Below, piece after piece: positions 1 to 9,115 of a stretch of 33,448 nucleotides of DNA. The notes beneath the pieces were generated by a model. It ran no database searches and had not been told where the DNA came from. It saw nothing but the letters and a program-made list of their open reading frames with translations. The DNA is from a virus. Its lineage: Duplodnaviria; Caudoviricetes. The stretch is from the IMG/VR virus record IMGVR_UViG_3300005512_000173, positions 1 through 33,448 of that record; one strand, 5' to 3'. Within the stretch, counting starts at the first letter, position 1, and each line of letters begins with the position of its first letter. The position numbers were made by a program, and so were the translations under genes.

Positions 1-112
1 TAGGTGGAATAAAGACGCTTCTTTTTTTGTCATAAGCTCTTTTTCCTTTACCTTTACCAATATAATAAGGAGTTCCATCTTCACGCAAAAATGCGTAAGT
101 ATAGTATTCCAT
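1..112 (-). CDS. GIY-YIG homing endonuclease (Seg-like), N-terminal part, runs off the window edge
   Basis: Not in the ORF track. Manual translation from ATG at 112 gives MEYYTYAFLREDGTPYYIGKGKGKRAYDKKRSVFIPP, a YTY...YIGKG...R GIY-YIG motif. Late promoter just upstream. Confidence 0.85.
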   Translation of the reverse strand, partial: MEYYTYAFLREDGTPYYIGKGKGKRAYDKKRSVFIPP

Positions 113-136
113 AACTGCTATAACCGACTGCACTAA

Positions 137-144
137 TATTTATA
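137..144 (-). promoter_or_regulatory. T4-type late promoter TATAAATA for the GIY-YIG gene
   Basis: Exact TATAAATA on the minus strand, 24 nt upstream of the ATG at 112. Confidence 0.8.
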
Positions 145-147
145 GTA

Positions 148-171
148 CAAAGGGGAAGATTTCTCTTCCCC
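148..171 (-). terminator. Hairpin, probable intrinsic terminator
   Basis: GGGGAAGA-GAAA-TCTTCCCC followed by TTTG on the minus strand; the U-tract is short. Confidence 0.6.
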
Positions 172-205
172 GCCTTACAGATTGCAGTCAGTTAGGCATC
201 AATAT

Positions 206-634
206 TTATGCCGTCTGCCCAGTCTCCAGAAGATAGTCCAGATAATAGACCTCTTCCAAGTGATGTGCTTCAACTTCGTGTGGATATTCCCAGTAATCTA
301 AATCATTAAAAGTTTTATCATTACATAGCATTTTGCCCCTGCGTTCTTTCAATACACCAAAAATCCACTGCCGCAAATGTACAAGTTCGTGGATAATAGT
401 TTTTGTATAAAGTTCAAGATCAAGTTTAGGATCAATTTCAATTAGAAACTCACGAGGACGATAAATCTCTCCCGATACTGAACAATATCCATATGATTGT
501 TCTCTACGAAGACCTCTGTGAAGCACTTCAACGTAGATATGATGTCTGGGAAGGTATTTACCAATGAACCATGCTACGACCCCCTCACAGCGCCTTACAC
601 GGGCATTGTGACCGGTAATTTCAAGACATAGCAT
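206..634 (-). CDS. HExxH zinc metallopeptidase-like (SprT-like) protein
   Basis: TIIHELVHLRQ motif and downstream YWEYPHEVEA. ATG at 634 preferred over TTG at 643. Confidence 0.7.
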   Translation of the reverse strand: MLCLEITGHNARVRRCEGVVAWFIGKYLPRHHIYVEVLHRGLRREQSYGYCSVSGEIYRPREFLIEIDPKLDLELYTKTIIHELVHLRQWIFGVLKERRGKMLCNDKTFNDLDYWEYPHEVEAHHLEEVYYLDYLLETGQTA

Positions 635-719
635 GGATAGCAACCTCAGTGACTCTTGTTCCCCATTGCATCATCCACATGAATGTGCCAATGAAGATTA
701 GTTTCTCAAAAGTGGACAT
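621..719 (-). CDS. Small hydrophobic hypothetical protein (32 aa)
   Basis: Manual translation MSTFEKLIFIGTFMWMMQWGTRVTEVAIHAMS; overlaps the start of the next gene; ACTAAATA late-promoter-like site at 763-770. Confidence 0.55.
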   Translation of the reverse strand: MSTFEKLIFIGTFMWMMQWGTRVTEVAIHAMS

Positions 720-770
720 GTGTTCAGTGTCTACACTAGAGAAACGCTTTAGAGGTGAGGTATATTTAGT

Positions 771-980
771 TTATGAAATTTTTGTTGCAACTAACTTAAG
801 TCTCCAAGCCTCTTTGACTTCTGCTGTCCAAGCGGCATTACAAATTGCCTGAACATCTGCATCTTCTCCAGCGCTGTAGGTGCCATCACCTGCGCCAACG
901 GTGTAATGAGCCGTGTAAACATACCCGTCAGCAGTCTCGCGCTCAAGCTGGGCAATATCCCAAGTGTAGGTGGTAGCCAT
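771..980 (-). CDS. Chimeric small tail-fibre-associated protein (fusion of two chaperone-like families), possibly non-functional
   Basis: GC-richer N-half MATTYTWDIAQLERETADGYVYTAHYTV joined at SAG/ED to an AT-richer C-half EDADVQAICNAAWTAEVKEAW. Confidence 0.55.
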   Translation of the reverse strand: MATTYTWDIAQLERETADGYVYTAHYTVGAGDGTYSAGEDADVQAICNAAWTAEVKEAWRLKLVATKIS

Positions 981-1036
981 GATCAGAAAAAGATGGTTTT
1001 AGTTTAGTGATTAAAAGCAAAACAGCAAAGCTACGG

Positions 1037-1126
1037 TTAGCCGGCCTCAAGAGCAGCCACTTTTTCCTCAAAGGTTTCGATGCGCTCTATTGCTTCCTGC
1101 AGCGCAGCGGTCAGTAGTGAAGGGGA
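1037..1126 (-). pseudogene. Orphan C-terminal coiled-coil of a peptidase S74 intramolecular chaperone domain
   Basis: In frame after the TAG of the 631-aa fibre: SPSLLTAALQEAIERIETFEEKVAALEAG-stop, the typical end of S74 chaperone domains. Confidence 0.7.
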
Positions 1127-3022
1127 CTACTCTTCTGCAGGCGCATCTACTTCGGATTTAAGCCGCTCGGTAATAACACGGCCATTTTCATCGGTCCAGT
1201 TGGTATCCAGCATGTGCTGGTCTTTGCGTTCACCAACAACCATCCAGCAAACATCAGCGGTTGAGGTTTGGTCTTGAGCTTCAATCGTCAAAATGTTTCC
1301 AGACACAGAACCACGCACTGCGGTCCAATCAGATTCGTTAGATGTAAAGCAGCACACGTTAGTGCAAAGGGCTTCAAAAGTACCCTCGGTCATTCTTGCC
1401 GCCTCATCAATGTTCACCGAAGCAGTGCCATTAACGAGTTGAACATGGCCACGATAGATAAGATCTGCCTGCGGACCTTCGATGAAGGAATGGTAAAGGT
1501 AGTGGGTATCAGTTTTTTCGGGTAGCGGGTGCGAAATCTTGAAGGAACCTGAACCTTTACTAAGAGCACCGACTACTGTTACATTGCCGTTGCCAGCGAT
1601 TTCCATCCTTTTGGTAGGAGTTGAGCCCGTTACAAAAGTAATAGATCGATCTACGTTGGAACGCGACTGTAAAACAAGCTCGCCAGCAAGTGTTGTGCCA
1701 CTAGATCCAGACCCAGAATAGATGTAACAACCGCCTTCGCCTGTTATGTACTCTTCTCTTCCGTTCATTCCAAAACCGATTGTACCTTCAGTAGGATCAA
1801 TCGAAATCCTATTAGTACCGCCAAGATCATATTCACCATTGATACCAATTCGCCCACTGCTATCAATCCTCATCCGCTCCGTCGAAGAACTCGCCCCATC
1901 CGCCGTGGTCTTGAACACTAGTCGACCTGGCATGTCGTTTGCGCCAGGGGCGCCGTCTACTTGGGCGGTAATAGCAGCGGCTTCCACCAAATCGGTGCCA
2001 TCTGCACCTTGAAAGCTAATAGTGCCAATAGAGTCGTCACTGGATACGCTTGTGGCGGAACCAGCAGTCGTTCCTCTTGATTTGGCTAAAACAAAACGTG
2101 ACTCTGCGTTATTGTCAGAGTTTCTTGCGATGCCAAGTGTATTACTAGGCTCCCCAGCAACAGTTTCAATCTGCACTTTGGGGGCTTGACCTGTAGTGTT
2201 GTTATATTGATCACGGCTACTAGACATACCAACTAAGAGCCTGCCGCTGGTGTCGATGCGGCCGCGTTCGGTATTGTTAGTTGTAAAATGTAAATCGTTA
2301 CCTGTTGCTCCTAAGTTTGGAGGTGCTGATGCACCAAGTCCCTCAAATACTATCTGTGATATTGTGTTAGCATTGCTACTCTCAAAGTGTGCAACGGTTC
2401 CATTTGAAGATAAAACGTGTAACTGTCTATCTGGATTATCAGTCCCGATGCCGACCAGACCAGCAGAAGTTACACGAACTCTCTCACTACCACCAGTCTC
2501 TACAGTAAATGTGTCAGCAGCAGGGAATCTGATTGCTGTGTTAGTATCACCAGTATGAACAATCTTATCTGCTATTGATACGTCACCAGTAAACGTAGAA
2601 GCACTGGATACAATTACATTTACGGCACTAATGAAATCAGTTCCACCGATACCAGTTAAATTTCCTCCATCACCAACAAAACTTGTGGCAGTGACTACAC
2701 CAGATACAGTTACGTCTTGAGCACTGATAAAGTCGGTATTAGCAAGACCAGTTATATTAGCACCATTACCAACAAAACTTGTGGCAGTGACTACACCAGC
2801 TACATCAATTCCATGATTGAAAATGGTAACTGCAGATCCAACCTTAATACCATTGGTAGCAGTAATAAAACCACTAGAGTTAATATTCTGACATAAGATA
2901 TTATTAGTTCCAAGGTCTAGTTTTGATCCAGGAATAGTGGATCCAATACCAACTAGATTGTCTTCACTAACGGATATTGCATTTATATTACCCAGTCTGG
3001 ATAAATTTCTGGCTCTTGTCAT
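1127..3022 (-). CDS. Tail fibre protein (631 aa) with C-terminal FxIxHP...H...EGP...YRG domain
   Basis: TATSFVGxG, IRFPAADTFTVET, VGIGTDNP, FQGADG...NDMPGRL and ERMRIDSSG fibre modules; late promoter upstream. Confidence 0.85.
   Translation of the reverse strand: MTRARNLSRLGNINAISVSEDNLVGIGSTIPGSKLDLGTNNILCQNINSSGFITATNGIKVGSAVTIFNHGIDVAGVVTATSFVGNGANITGLANTDFISAQDVTVSGVVTATSFVGDGGNLTGIGGTDFISAVNVIVSSASTFTGDVSIADKIVHTGDTNTAIRFPAADTFTVETGGSERVRVTSAGLVGIGTDNPDRQLHVLSSNGTVAHFESSNANTISQIVFEGLGASAPPNLGATGNDLHFTTNNTERGRIDTSGRLLVGMSSSRDQYNNTTGQAPKVQIETVAGEPSNTLGIARNSDNNAESRFVLAKSRGTTAGSATSVSSDDSIGTISFQGADGTDLVEAAAITAQVDGAPGANDMPGRLVFKTTADGASSSTERMRIDSSGRIGINGEYDLGGTNRISIDPTEGTIGFGMNGREEYITGEGGCYIYSGSGSSGTTLAGELVLQSRSNVDRSITFVTGSTPTKRMEIAGNGNVTVVGALSKGSGSFKISHPLPEKTDTHYLYHSFIEGPQADLIYRGHVQLVNGTASVNIDEAARMTEGTFEALCTNVCCFTSNESDWTAVRGSVSGNILTIEAQDQTSTADVCWMVVGERKDQHMLDTNWTDENGRVITERLKSEVDAPAEE
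2470..2800 (-). repeat. Shared fibre stalk module, copy 1 (other copies about 7230-7470, 11650-12060 and partial 16970-17330)
   Basis: Identical blocks with copy 2 include gttagtatcaccagtatgaac (21 nt) and tttacggcactaatgaaatcagt (23 nt). All copies are in direct orientation. Confidence 0.9.
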
Positions 3023-3035
3023 GGTATTTTTTAGT

Positions 3036-3043
3036 TATTTATT
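3036..3043 (-). promoter_or_regulatory. Late promoter AATAAATA-ACTAAAAA
   Basis: The ATAAATAACTAAAAA motif recurs before the genes starting at 3022, 3551 and 12399. Confidence 0.75.
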
Positions 3044-3056
3044 AAAATGAACACCA

Positions 3057-3551
3057 TTATGAATAATCACTCTGTTTAGGCCATGCAAGTGTGGGGAATG
3101 TAGTGATACCACACAATGACTCAACAGATGTTGCACTCGAAATAGCAACTTTTCTACTCTCGCAAGTAATTCTTACGGCATTTCTGAATGAAGTTATTCC
3201 GACAGGGATTGCAGTGCCAACCTCAGACTTTCTTGTGACATACCAATCCGTTGGACGGAGGAATCCATATGCTTCAGAATCTTGAACTTCTTTATGTTGA
3301 GTTTTAAGTCCAGTGGTTGTAACACCAGTGTTTGGATCTGGACCATCATCTTCTAAATCAGTTCTCCAAACACCTCTGGATGAGTACCATCTTGGATTAT
3401 AAGAGGTATCTTCCTCAACTTGCCAAGTAATACCAAGAGCAGCTTTGTCTTCATCAGTTGATAATGTCAACCAATTAGCAGGGTATTGAAAACCATTGTG
3501 AGTGAATGATCTACCCTGTCTTAATTTTTTGCCGTCAAGTATGTAAGACAT
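3057..3551 (-). CDS. Tail fibre assembly chaperone-like protein
   Basis: QYPANWL N-terminal motif and LRPTDWYVTRKSE...R..VR...WP C-terminal pattern; follows an adhesin gene. Confidence 0.65.
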   Translation of the reverse strand: MSYILDGKKLRQGRSFTHNGFQYPANWLTLSTDEDKAALGITWQVEEDTSYNPRWYSSRGVWRTDLEDDGPDPNTGVTTTGLKTQHKEVQDSEAYGFLRPTDWYVTRKSEVGTAIPVGITSFRNAVRITCESRKVAISSATSVESLCGITTFPTLAWPKQSDYS

Positions 3552-3570
3552 TTTCTTATTACTTTTTAGT

Positions 3571-3578
3571 TATTTATC
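3571..3578 (-). promoter_or_regulatory. Late promoter GATAAATA overlapping the stop codon of the upstream gene
   Basis: AGA TAA ATA ACTAAAAA on the minus strand. Confidence 0.75.
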
Positions 3579-6321
3579 TTGCTGTTGCAGGTGGGACATT
3601 TGATCCTCCAAATGGATGCTCAGCCCAGCACATATAAACATATTGAGCAGAGCCCGAAATCTGCGAGTCTGTACCTCTAATTCTAAATCCGTTTGATAGA
3701 AAATCTACGTCTCTGTCACCTGAGCTTGTGGTTTCAACACCTTGACCGAACAATCGTGTATAGATTTGGACAGGGTTAGTCGGGTTCCGCTTGTTGTCTG
3801 CAGTCCACCAACCTTCTGCAACACCTGTTTTTTTGATCCAAAGCAGAGCTGGTTTGAATCCTGTGTAAACAAAAGCCTCTGCAGTGTCATATTCTCCAAA
3901 CTGACTGAACCCTGGTATAGATGTCCAAACATAGTGAATTTGCGGATTACTAGAATCACTATCTGCAATGGTAAATTGAGTAGAAGAAACAGCTGTAACC
4001 CTGAAGGCATTTGTGTGCTCTGTAGCGTTTGCAGTTGTTAATCCACCAGAAGTACCGATGCTCGCGTGGTATATGTTTCCCAAATCACTATTGTTAGTTT
4101 CTTTGCTAAAAATAAATTCAGGAGTTTTGCCTAGATTGTGGGTAATAACATTGTTACCAGTTGTTGGGCTGCTGTCCTCAATAATTTCAAAACCGTTAAT
4201 TGCAGGTGATCCAGAGTTCCAACAATAAGCAAACGAATTTTGTTCTGGTGCATCATAGGTGCTCATAAAGTTACCAGTACTACCAGATGTATTAAACGGG
4301 AACGTAATTGCAGTGTTTCCGCCGCGAACAGTGTCTAACCATTGCCACTGGTTGTCCTGGGCATCGTTACCATCGTCTGCTCTTGTATGGATTAAGAAAG
4401 CACCGTTGGTAAATGTTGCTTCAGCCGTTGCTCTTATGTTTGCTCCTGTGTCAAGTACAGTAACAAAATGATCTTCACCATTTTTGATTGTTGGATCCTC
4501 AAAAATGTTGGTATGCATTCCGTTGGCAGTGTTAGTTACACCAGAAGGTGCAGCTAAAAACGGCATCTGTCCAAAGTTTGCTAAAACCTCTGGAGGATTA
4601 GTACCACCTGCACGTTGTACCGCAAAATAATACTTACCACCAGATGCCACGTTTTCTGAACTGCCTACTTGTGTTCCATTTATGTAAAAATTAACTTGAC
4701 GAGTAGACAAATCACCTCTCCACTCAACACCAAGAACATCACCAGTGCTATAAGCAGTTAAACTAGTTTGAGTTGCTGTTGTGTTTTCATTGAAAATACT
4801 GGCATTGCCTCCAAATTCAGAATAGGCAATCATAAAGGCATAATCATTATCATTAGCAGCACCTTTGTCAAATGTATCTTCAGCATCAGCAACACCAGCA
4901 GCAAAGCGATCACCATCACCATCTCTAATAAATTCAGCATAAAGGTGTTTGTCTGGCAACTCTTGAGTAGACCAAACAATGCCATTGTTTATTGCTGTTG
5001 CATCTAGGTAAGCTGAGGCAAAACTTGGTGGATCGTTTGGAATTAATCGAGAATAGTTCGCATAAGTTCTCGTCGGTGTATCAAAGAAATCTACGTCGTT
5101 GTCGGTGTTGTCTACGAGAACAGTTCCGTTAATTTCAACGGCATACATGCGAGTTAAACTGCCACTACTACCTTGCACGTAAGCGATCTCTGAAATAGTG
5201 CCACTTGCTGGAATAACAGCAGTCAGATCACGGTAAGCACCGCCAGAAGATGGGTCTGTGTAAGTAACAGAAGCGCCATTGATGTGCAAATCGTCGGCTG
5301 TGCCATTCCAAAACACACGCAAGCTAGTGACACCTGTTAATGCAATAGGTGCTACCCAGTAAAGAAACTCGTTGGCATTTGCTGTTCGAGCTCCAGAATC
5401 GGCCGTGCTACCGCTAAATGCCAGTTCAGGTTGAGTAACGGTGCCTGCTCTATCTGCTTCAGATTGATAAGTGCTGCCAGTGCTGGCTTGCATCCCAGTG
5501 CTATACAGCGCAACATCACCGCCGTCAAAATTGTGCGCGATCCAGTTGTTGTTTTGTCCCGAAGAATCGGTGCCAATTCCAATAGTGGAGATACCTGCTT
5601 GACTTGAATCAAACGTCAAACGATATCCATTGGTGCCATAACTTCCTTCATATGCCTTTGGCACCCAAACATTATCTTCGTTATATCTACCAAACTCATC
5701 AATTACGTCGTTGGTGTCCCCAATTGCTGTGCCGTCTACGAAATTAATCTCGGCCATAAGACCGTCAAGAGGATTTGTAGTTGTATTCTGCCTTATGCCT
5801 ATTGCGTGCTCGTGATTTAGATTGATAGCAAATTGATCACTTGCACCTGGCATTGAGCCACCGCTAAAATCTGTAATTCTGTCGCCATTGATATAGATTC
5901 TAACTCGATCATCAGATGTGCCGTTTGTAATATCACAAACCAGACAGTAGTGATACCACGCACTGGTGTCTCTTTGTCTTGGATTTAAGATAAACGATTG
6001 ACCAGTGTTAAATTGAAATGTTAAACGATCACCTTCAAGAACCAGTTCTGCAAACTCTTCATTGTTTGCAGCCTTATTGACGGACAGAAAAATTACTGAA
6101 CTTACGCCAGTTTCGCCAATGAACCCGGTTCTGATTCCCGGTTTATACCAAAAACTATAGGTCCAAGTTTGTCGATTACCGGCTGAAGCAGGCGTGCGGG
6201 TCAGACTTTGGGTTTGAGAACTCCTAAACCTTAAACTCTGATCAATAGTCTCGCCAAGGTCTGCACTACTAGCACCCGTAGTTTCATCGGAAAATAAAAT
6301 GCTTGAAACAAGTGGGTTCAT
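3574..6321 (-). CDS. LamG/concanavalin-like and SPRY-like virion adhesin (915 aa)
   Basis: TWTYSFWYK...WYH...IYINGD LamG-like domain, GDVLGVEW...NFGQ SPRY-like domain, C-terminal GFKPA...DFLSNGF domain; ATGA overlap with the upstream fibre. Confidence 0.8.
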   Translation of the reverse strand: MNPLVSSILFSDETTGASSADLGETIDQSLRFRSSQTQSLTRTPASAGNRQTWTYSFWYKPGIRTGFIGETGVSSVIFLSVNKAANNEEFAELVLEGDRLTFQFNTGQSFILNPRQRDTSAWYHYCLVCDITNGTSDDRVRIYINGDRITDFSGGSMPGASDQFAINLNHEHAIGIRQNTTTNPLDGLMAEINFVDGTAIGDTNDVIDEFGRYNEDNVWVPKAYEGSYGTNGYRLTFDSSQAGISTIGIGTDSSGQNNNWIAHNFDGGDVALYSTGMQASTGSTYQSEADRAGTVTQPELAFSGSTADSGARTANANEFLYWVAPIALTGVTSLRVFWNGTADDLHINGASVTYTDPSSGGAYRDLTAVIPASGTISEIAYVQGSSGSLTRMYAVEINGTVLVDNTDNDVDFFDTPTRTYANYSRLIPNDPPSFASAYLDATAINNGIVWSTQELPDKHLYAEFIRDGDGDRFAAGVADAEDTFDKGAANDNDYAFMIAYSEFGGNASIFNENTTATQTSLTAYSTGDVLGVEWRGDLSTRQVNFYINGTQVGSSENVASGGKYYFAVQRAGGTNPPEVLANFGQMPFLAAPSGVTNTANGMHTNIFEDPTIKNGEDHFVTVLDTGANIRATAEATFTNGAFLIHTRADDGNDAQDNQWQWLDTVRGGNTAITFPFNTSGSTGNFMSTYDAPEQNSFAYCWNSGSPAINGFEIIEDSSPTTGNNVITHNLGKTPEFIFSKETNNSDLGNIYHASIGTSGGLTTANATEHTNAFRVTAVSSTQFTIADSDSSNPQIHYVWTSIPGFSQFGEYDTAEAFVYTGFKPALLWIKKTGVAEGWWTADNKRNPTNPVQIYTRLFGQGVETTSSGDRDVDFLSNGFRIRGTDSQISGSAQYVYMCWAEHPFGGSNVPPATAR

Positions 6322-7610
6322 TGTGTTCCTATACCTATAAACGTGCCTGCAACTATGTATGGAGGTTCAAAGCAGTAGTATGCGATAGCATCTGATTTAC
6401 CAACACCAGTGGAAAGTGTAGGTGCTGTTCCTGCTTTAAATTTGAAATTATGATGGAAAGTTGCTGTTCTGCTTCCAGTTCCATCTTGCTTCAGAATGAT
6501 AACTCCACTTTGACCTGTTGCAATTCCAGTAGGATCTGCAAATGTAGTTGTGCCAGTGAGAGTTAATATGAAGTTATTGTTATTAGTGAAGTTAAGAGTG
6601 GTGACACCAGAAACATTACCAAGATCAGCAACGTTTGTTATGACAGTTCCGTGAACATCTAATGTTCTGTCTGCTGCATTAGTTCCAATACCGACACTAC
6701 CAACCGTATTTATGAGCATTCTATCGGTATTGCTACCACCGGTAGAGAATGTCATGCCATCATCAGATCCTCTAATTCTAGCAGTATTGGCACTATTAAC
6801 AACAAATTGAAGACTTGGTATACCACTTCCTGCTGTAGTATCTTCGTCTTCAATTATTATTTGACATGCTGCATCACTGGTGTCTGAATTACCTTGAATG
6901 TGTAATTTTGCTGTTGGATTATCAGTTCCAATGCCCACATCACCATCACTTGTTATTGATACTGTTTTTGTTGTAGCTCCCAACCCAGGGTGAGATGAAC
7001 CAGCAGCACCAAACTCAATTTTAAGTGGAGCATTAGCACCATCAGAATTATCAACACCAACTAGGTATTGACCTCTAGCATGATTAATAAGGAAACCAGC
7101 ATCTGCTCCTGTTGTTCTTGCAATCTCAACATAAGCACCAGCAGATGATGGTGCTAAAGAAGGGTGACTATCACATGCTGAAATTTTATTAGCAGGGTTA
7201 TCAGTTCCGATACCAACCAGACCACCAGAATCTACACGAACTCTCTCTGTCCCAGCAGTTTCTACTGTAAATGTATCAGCAGCAGGGAATCTAATGGCAG
7301 CGTTAGTATCACCAGTATGAACTATCTTATCTGCTATTGATACATCACCACTAAATGTAGAAGCACTAGATACAGTTACGTTTACGGCACTAATGAAATC
7401 AGTGGTAGCAAGACCAGTTAAATTAGAACCATCACCAACAAAACTTGTAGCAGTGACAACACCAGTTACATCTGCTCCAGACGCATTAACGGTAACTGCA
7501 GTTCCGACATGTAGTTGAGTTGTAGTAACAACACCAGTTGAATTAATATTTCCAAAATTTGGTACTGTTGAACTAAAATCTGCTAATCTAGTTGCATCTG
7601 ATAGTGCCAT
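6318..7610 (-). CDS. Tail fibre protein (430 aa) with C-terminal putative docking domain
   Basis: Stalk modules shared with other fibres, three VGIGT repeats, C-terminal QDGTGSRT...GTAPTLST domain. Confidence 0.85.
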   Translation of the reverse strand: MALSDATRLADFSSTVPNFGNINSTGVVTTTQLHVGTAVTVNASGADVTGVVTATSFVGDGSNLTGLATTDFISAVNVTVSSASTFSGDVSIADKIVHTGDTNAAIRFPAADTFTVETAGTERVRVDSGGLVGIGTDNPANKISACDSHPSLAPSSAGAYVEIARTTGADAGFLINHARGQYLVGVDNSDGANAPLKIEFGAAGSSHPGLGATTKTVSITSDGDVGIGTDNPTAKLHIQGNSDTSDAACQIIIEDEDTTAGSGIPSLQFVVNSANTARIRGSDDGMTFSTGGSNTDRMLINTVGSVGIGTNAADRTLDVHGTVITNVADLGNVSGVTTLNFTNNNNFILTLTGTTTFADPTGIATGQSGVIILKQDGTGSRTATFHHNFKFKAGTAPTLSTGVGKSDAIAYYCFEPPYIVAGTFIGIGTQ

Positions 7611-7633
7611 CTATCTTCCTACACTTTTTTACT

Positions 7634-7641
7634 TATTTATA
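7634..7641 (-). promoter_or_regulatory. Late promoter TATAAATA
   Basis: Exact consensus 23 nt upstream of the ATG at 7610. Confidence 0.8.
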
Positions 7642-7723
7642 GCACTTTCATATCCCAAGATGTAATCATACGCAACTTATTAGTTTTCATTCCATCTGCA
7701 TAATGATAATTTAATCTCCTCAT
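7637..7723 (-). pseudogene. Probable C-terminal remnant of a third 2OG-Fe(II) oxygenase
   Basis: Manual translation MRRLNYHYADGMKTNKLRMITSWDMKVL shows the distal His and RxxxS pattern of these enzymes but lacks the HxD half. Confidence 0.45.
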
Positions 7724-7728
7724 CCAAA

Positions 7729-8445
7729 TTATCGGTCGTTGGCATGATGTACGAATGGACCCTGTGCGTTTACATAGTGAAGGAAAATTTGGTGATGATA
7801 AGTATCATCTTCTTTTTTACGAATTGTGCGCCACTTGTTTTCCCACTTACCATACTTTGACTCTAGTGAGTCACGCCAGTGTTCTCGTTCGCATCCTTTA
7901 TATACTGCAGCATCACCATTCTTCATTAAAACATAGGACTCACTACCATCAGGACGTTCAAACCAAATAGGCCAAGGTTTATCTGAATTAGTGCTAATCT
8001 GAAGAGTGACGCTAACCTCACATGCAGGTCTATCGCTATGTCTCTTTAATTGTTGACCAACATAATAGAAACGATCATAAAAATAAGTAGGAAGAAGATC
8101 CATACCAAGAATATTTTCAATTTCTTTACGGACAAGATAGTGGAGTTCCTTATACGTTGGCACATTATATCGTGCTAATGAACCATTAACTTGCTTCTCA
8201 TCAGGAACATAAGTGAACTTATCTTTACGGATAAAATTTAGTTGTCCCGTCAGACGATCACCATTTTCATTCAGTGGAGGAGGGCAGTAAAGAAGTTCTG
8301 GATTAACAACAAGTCCTGATATGAAAAGATATCCATTCTTTTCAAAAGATTCATTTTTGCTCATATTAGTGGTAGTTGGGAGGGCCGATCTCTGATATCC
8401 CTCTTCATAAACACCACCAGTTGATATATACTCTTTCTGTTTCAT
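7729..8445 (-). CDS. 2OG-Fe(II) oxygenase-like protein
   Basis: LKRHSDRPACEVSVT (HxD), GDAAVYKGCEREHWR, QIFLHYV. Start at 8445 gives a TGATG overlap with the upstream gene. Confidence 0.75.
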   Translation of the reverse strand: MKQKEYISTGGVYEEGYQRSALPTTTNMSKNESFEKNGYLFISGLVVNPELLYCPPPLNENGDRLTGQLNFIRKDKFTYVPDEKQVNGSLARYNVPTYKELHYLVRKEIENILGMDLLPTYFYDRFYYVGQQLKRHSDRPACEVSVTLQISTNSDKPWPIWFERPDGSESYVLMKNGDAAVYKGCEREHWRDSLESKYGKWENKWRTIRKKEDDTYHHQIFLHYVNAQGPFVHHANDR

Positions 8446-9062
8446 CACTTCCACCTCGGTCCAACACACCAACCAACAAGACTCTTACGAAGACCAGACT
8501 TGACTTTACGAACACGATGTTTGGTGCGTGAGTCAAAGACCATCAAAGTTCCACGTTGCTTCGGAGCAAAGTAGGTCTTTCCAGAATTATCAAGGAACTG
8601 AACTTCACCACCAGTGTAGTCTGTGGCGTCAGAGAGTTGTAGAGCAAACGACAGTTTCCTTACACACTCACCATTGATAGTGACCTGATCTTGACTCATA
8701 TTTGTACCAGATCCAGGAATTAGTTGAGGTTTGTAGAAGGTGTCAATGTCTGCGTCTTGGTGCCAGTTATAGAACTGCCCTGGACCATATTGCGTATATT
8801 GAATATTACAACCATCAATGTCCGTGATATCATAACAAAAGTTCTCACGGTTTACCCTATCAATATAATACCACAACCAACCACCGATCCAGTGAGAAGT
8901 TGGAATCCACAGGTTCTTGCTATTACGAATGACCTTATCCACTTGTGCTCCCGAAATCTGGGAATCTTGAGCGTGCTCGTCGTGCTTCTGTAAGTCTTTC
9001 TCAATAATTTCTACAATTTCAGTCGGCAAGTTGGTCATGTGCCAACAAGTAAGATATGCCAT
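8445..9062 (-). CDS. 2OG-Fe(II) oxygenase (prolyl-4-hydroxylase-like / PKHD-type fold)
   Basis: YNWHQD (HxD), RKLS, YTGGE, HRVRKVKSGLRKSLVGW (distal His, RxS). Confidence 0.9.
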   Translation of the reverse strand: MAYLTCWHMTNLPTEIVEIIEKDLQKHDEHAQDSQISGAQVDKVIRNSKNLWIPTSHWIGGWLWYYIDRVNRENFCYDITDIDGCNIQYTQYGPGQFYNWHQDADIDTFYKPQLIPGSGTNMSQDQVTINGECVRKLSFALQLSDATDYTGGEVQFLDNSGKTYFAPKQRGTLMVFDSRTKHRVRKVKSGLRKSLVGWCVGPRWK

Positions 9063-9085
9063 ATACAAATAATATCATCAAGTAC

Positions 9086-9114
9086 ATTATATAGGATTGT
9101 AGTTATTGTGTCAA
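9086..9114 (-). promoter_or_regulatory. Consensus sigma70-type (early) promoter for the oxygenase genes
   Basis: TTGACA (9114-9109), 17-nt spacer, TATAAT (9091-9086). Confidence 0.9.
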
Positions 9115-9115
9115 T

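Noticed and set aside
1127-1129. Genome-wide TAG recoding
   Set aside because: Long genes are intact under the standard code and no suppressor tRNA is seen; the in-frame extension is better explained as a recombination scar.
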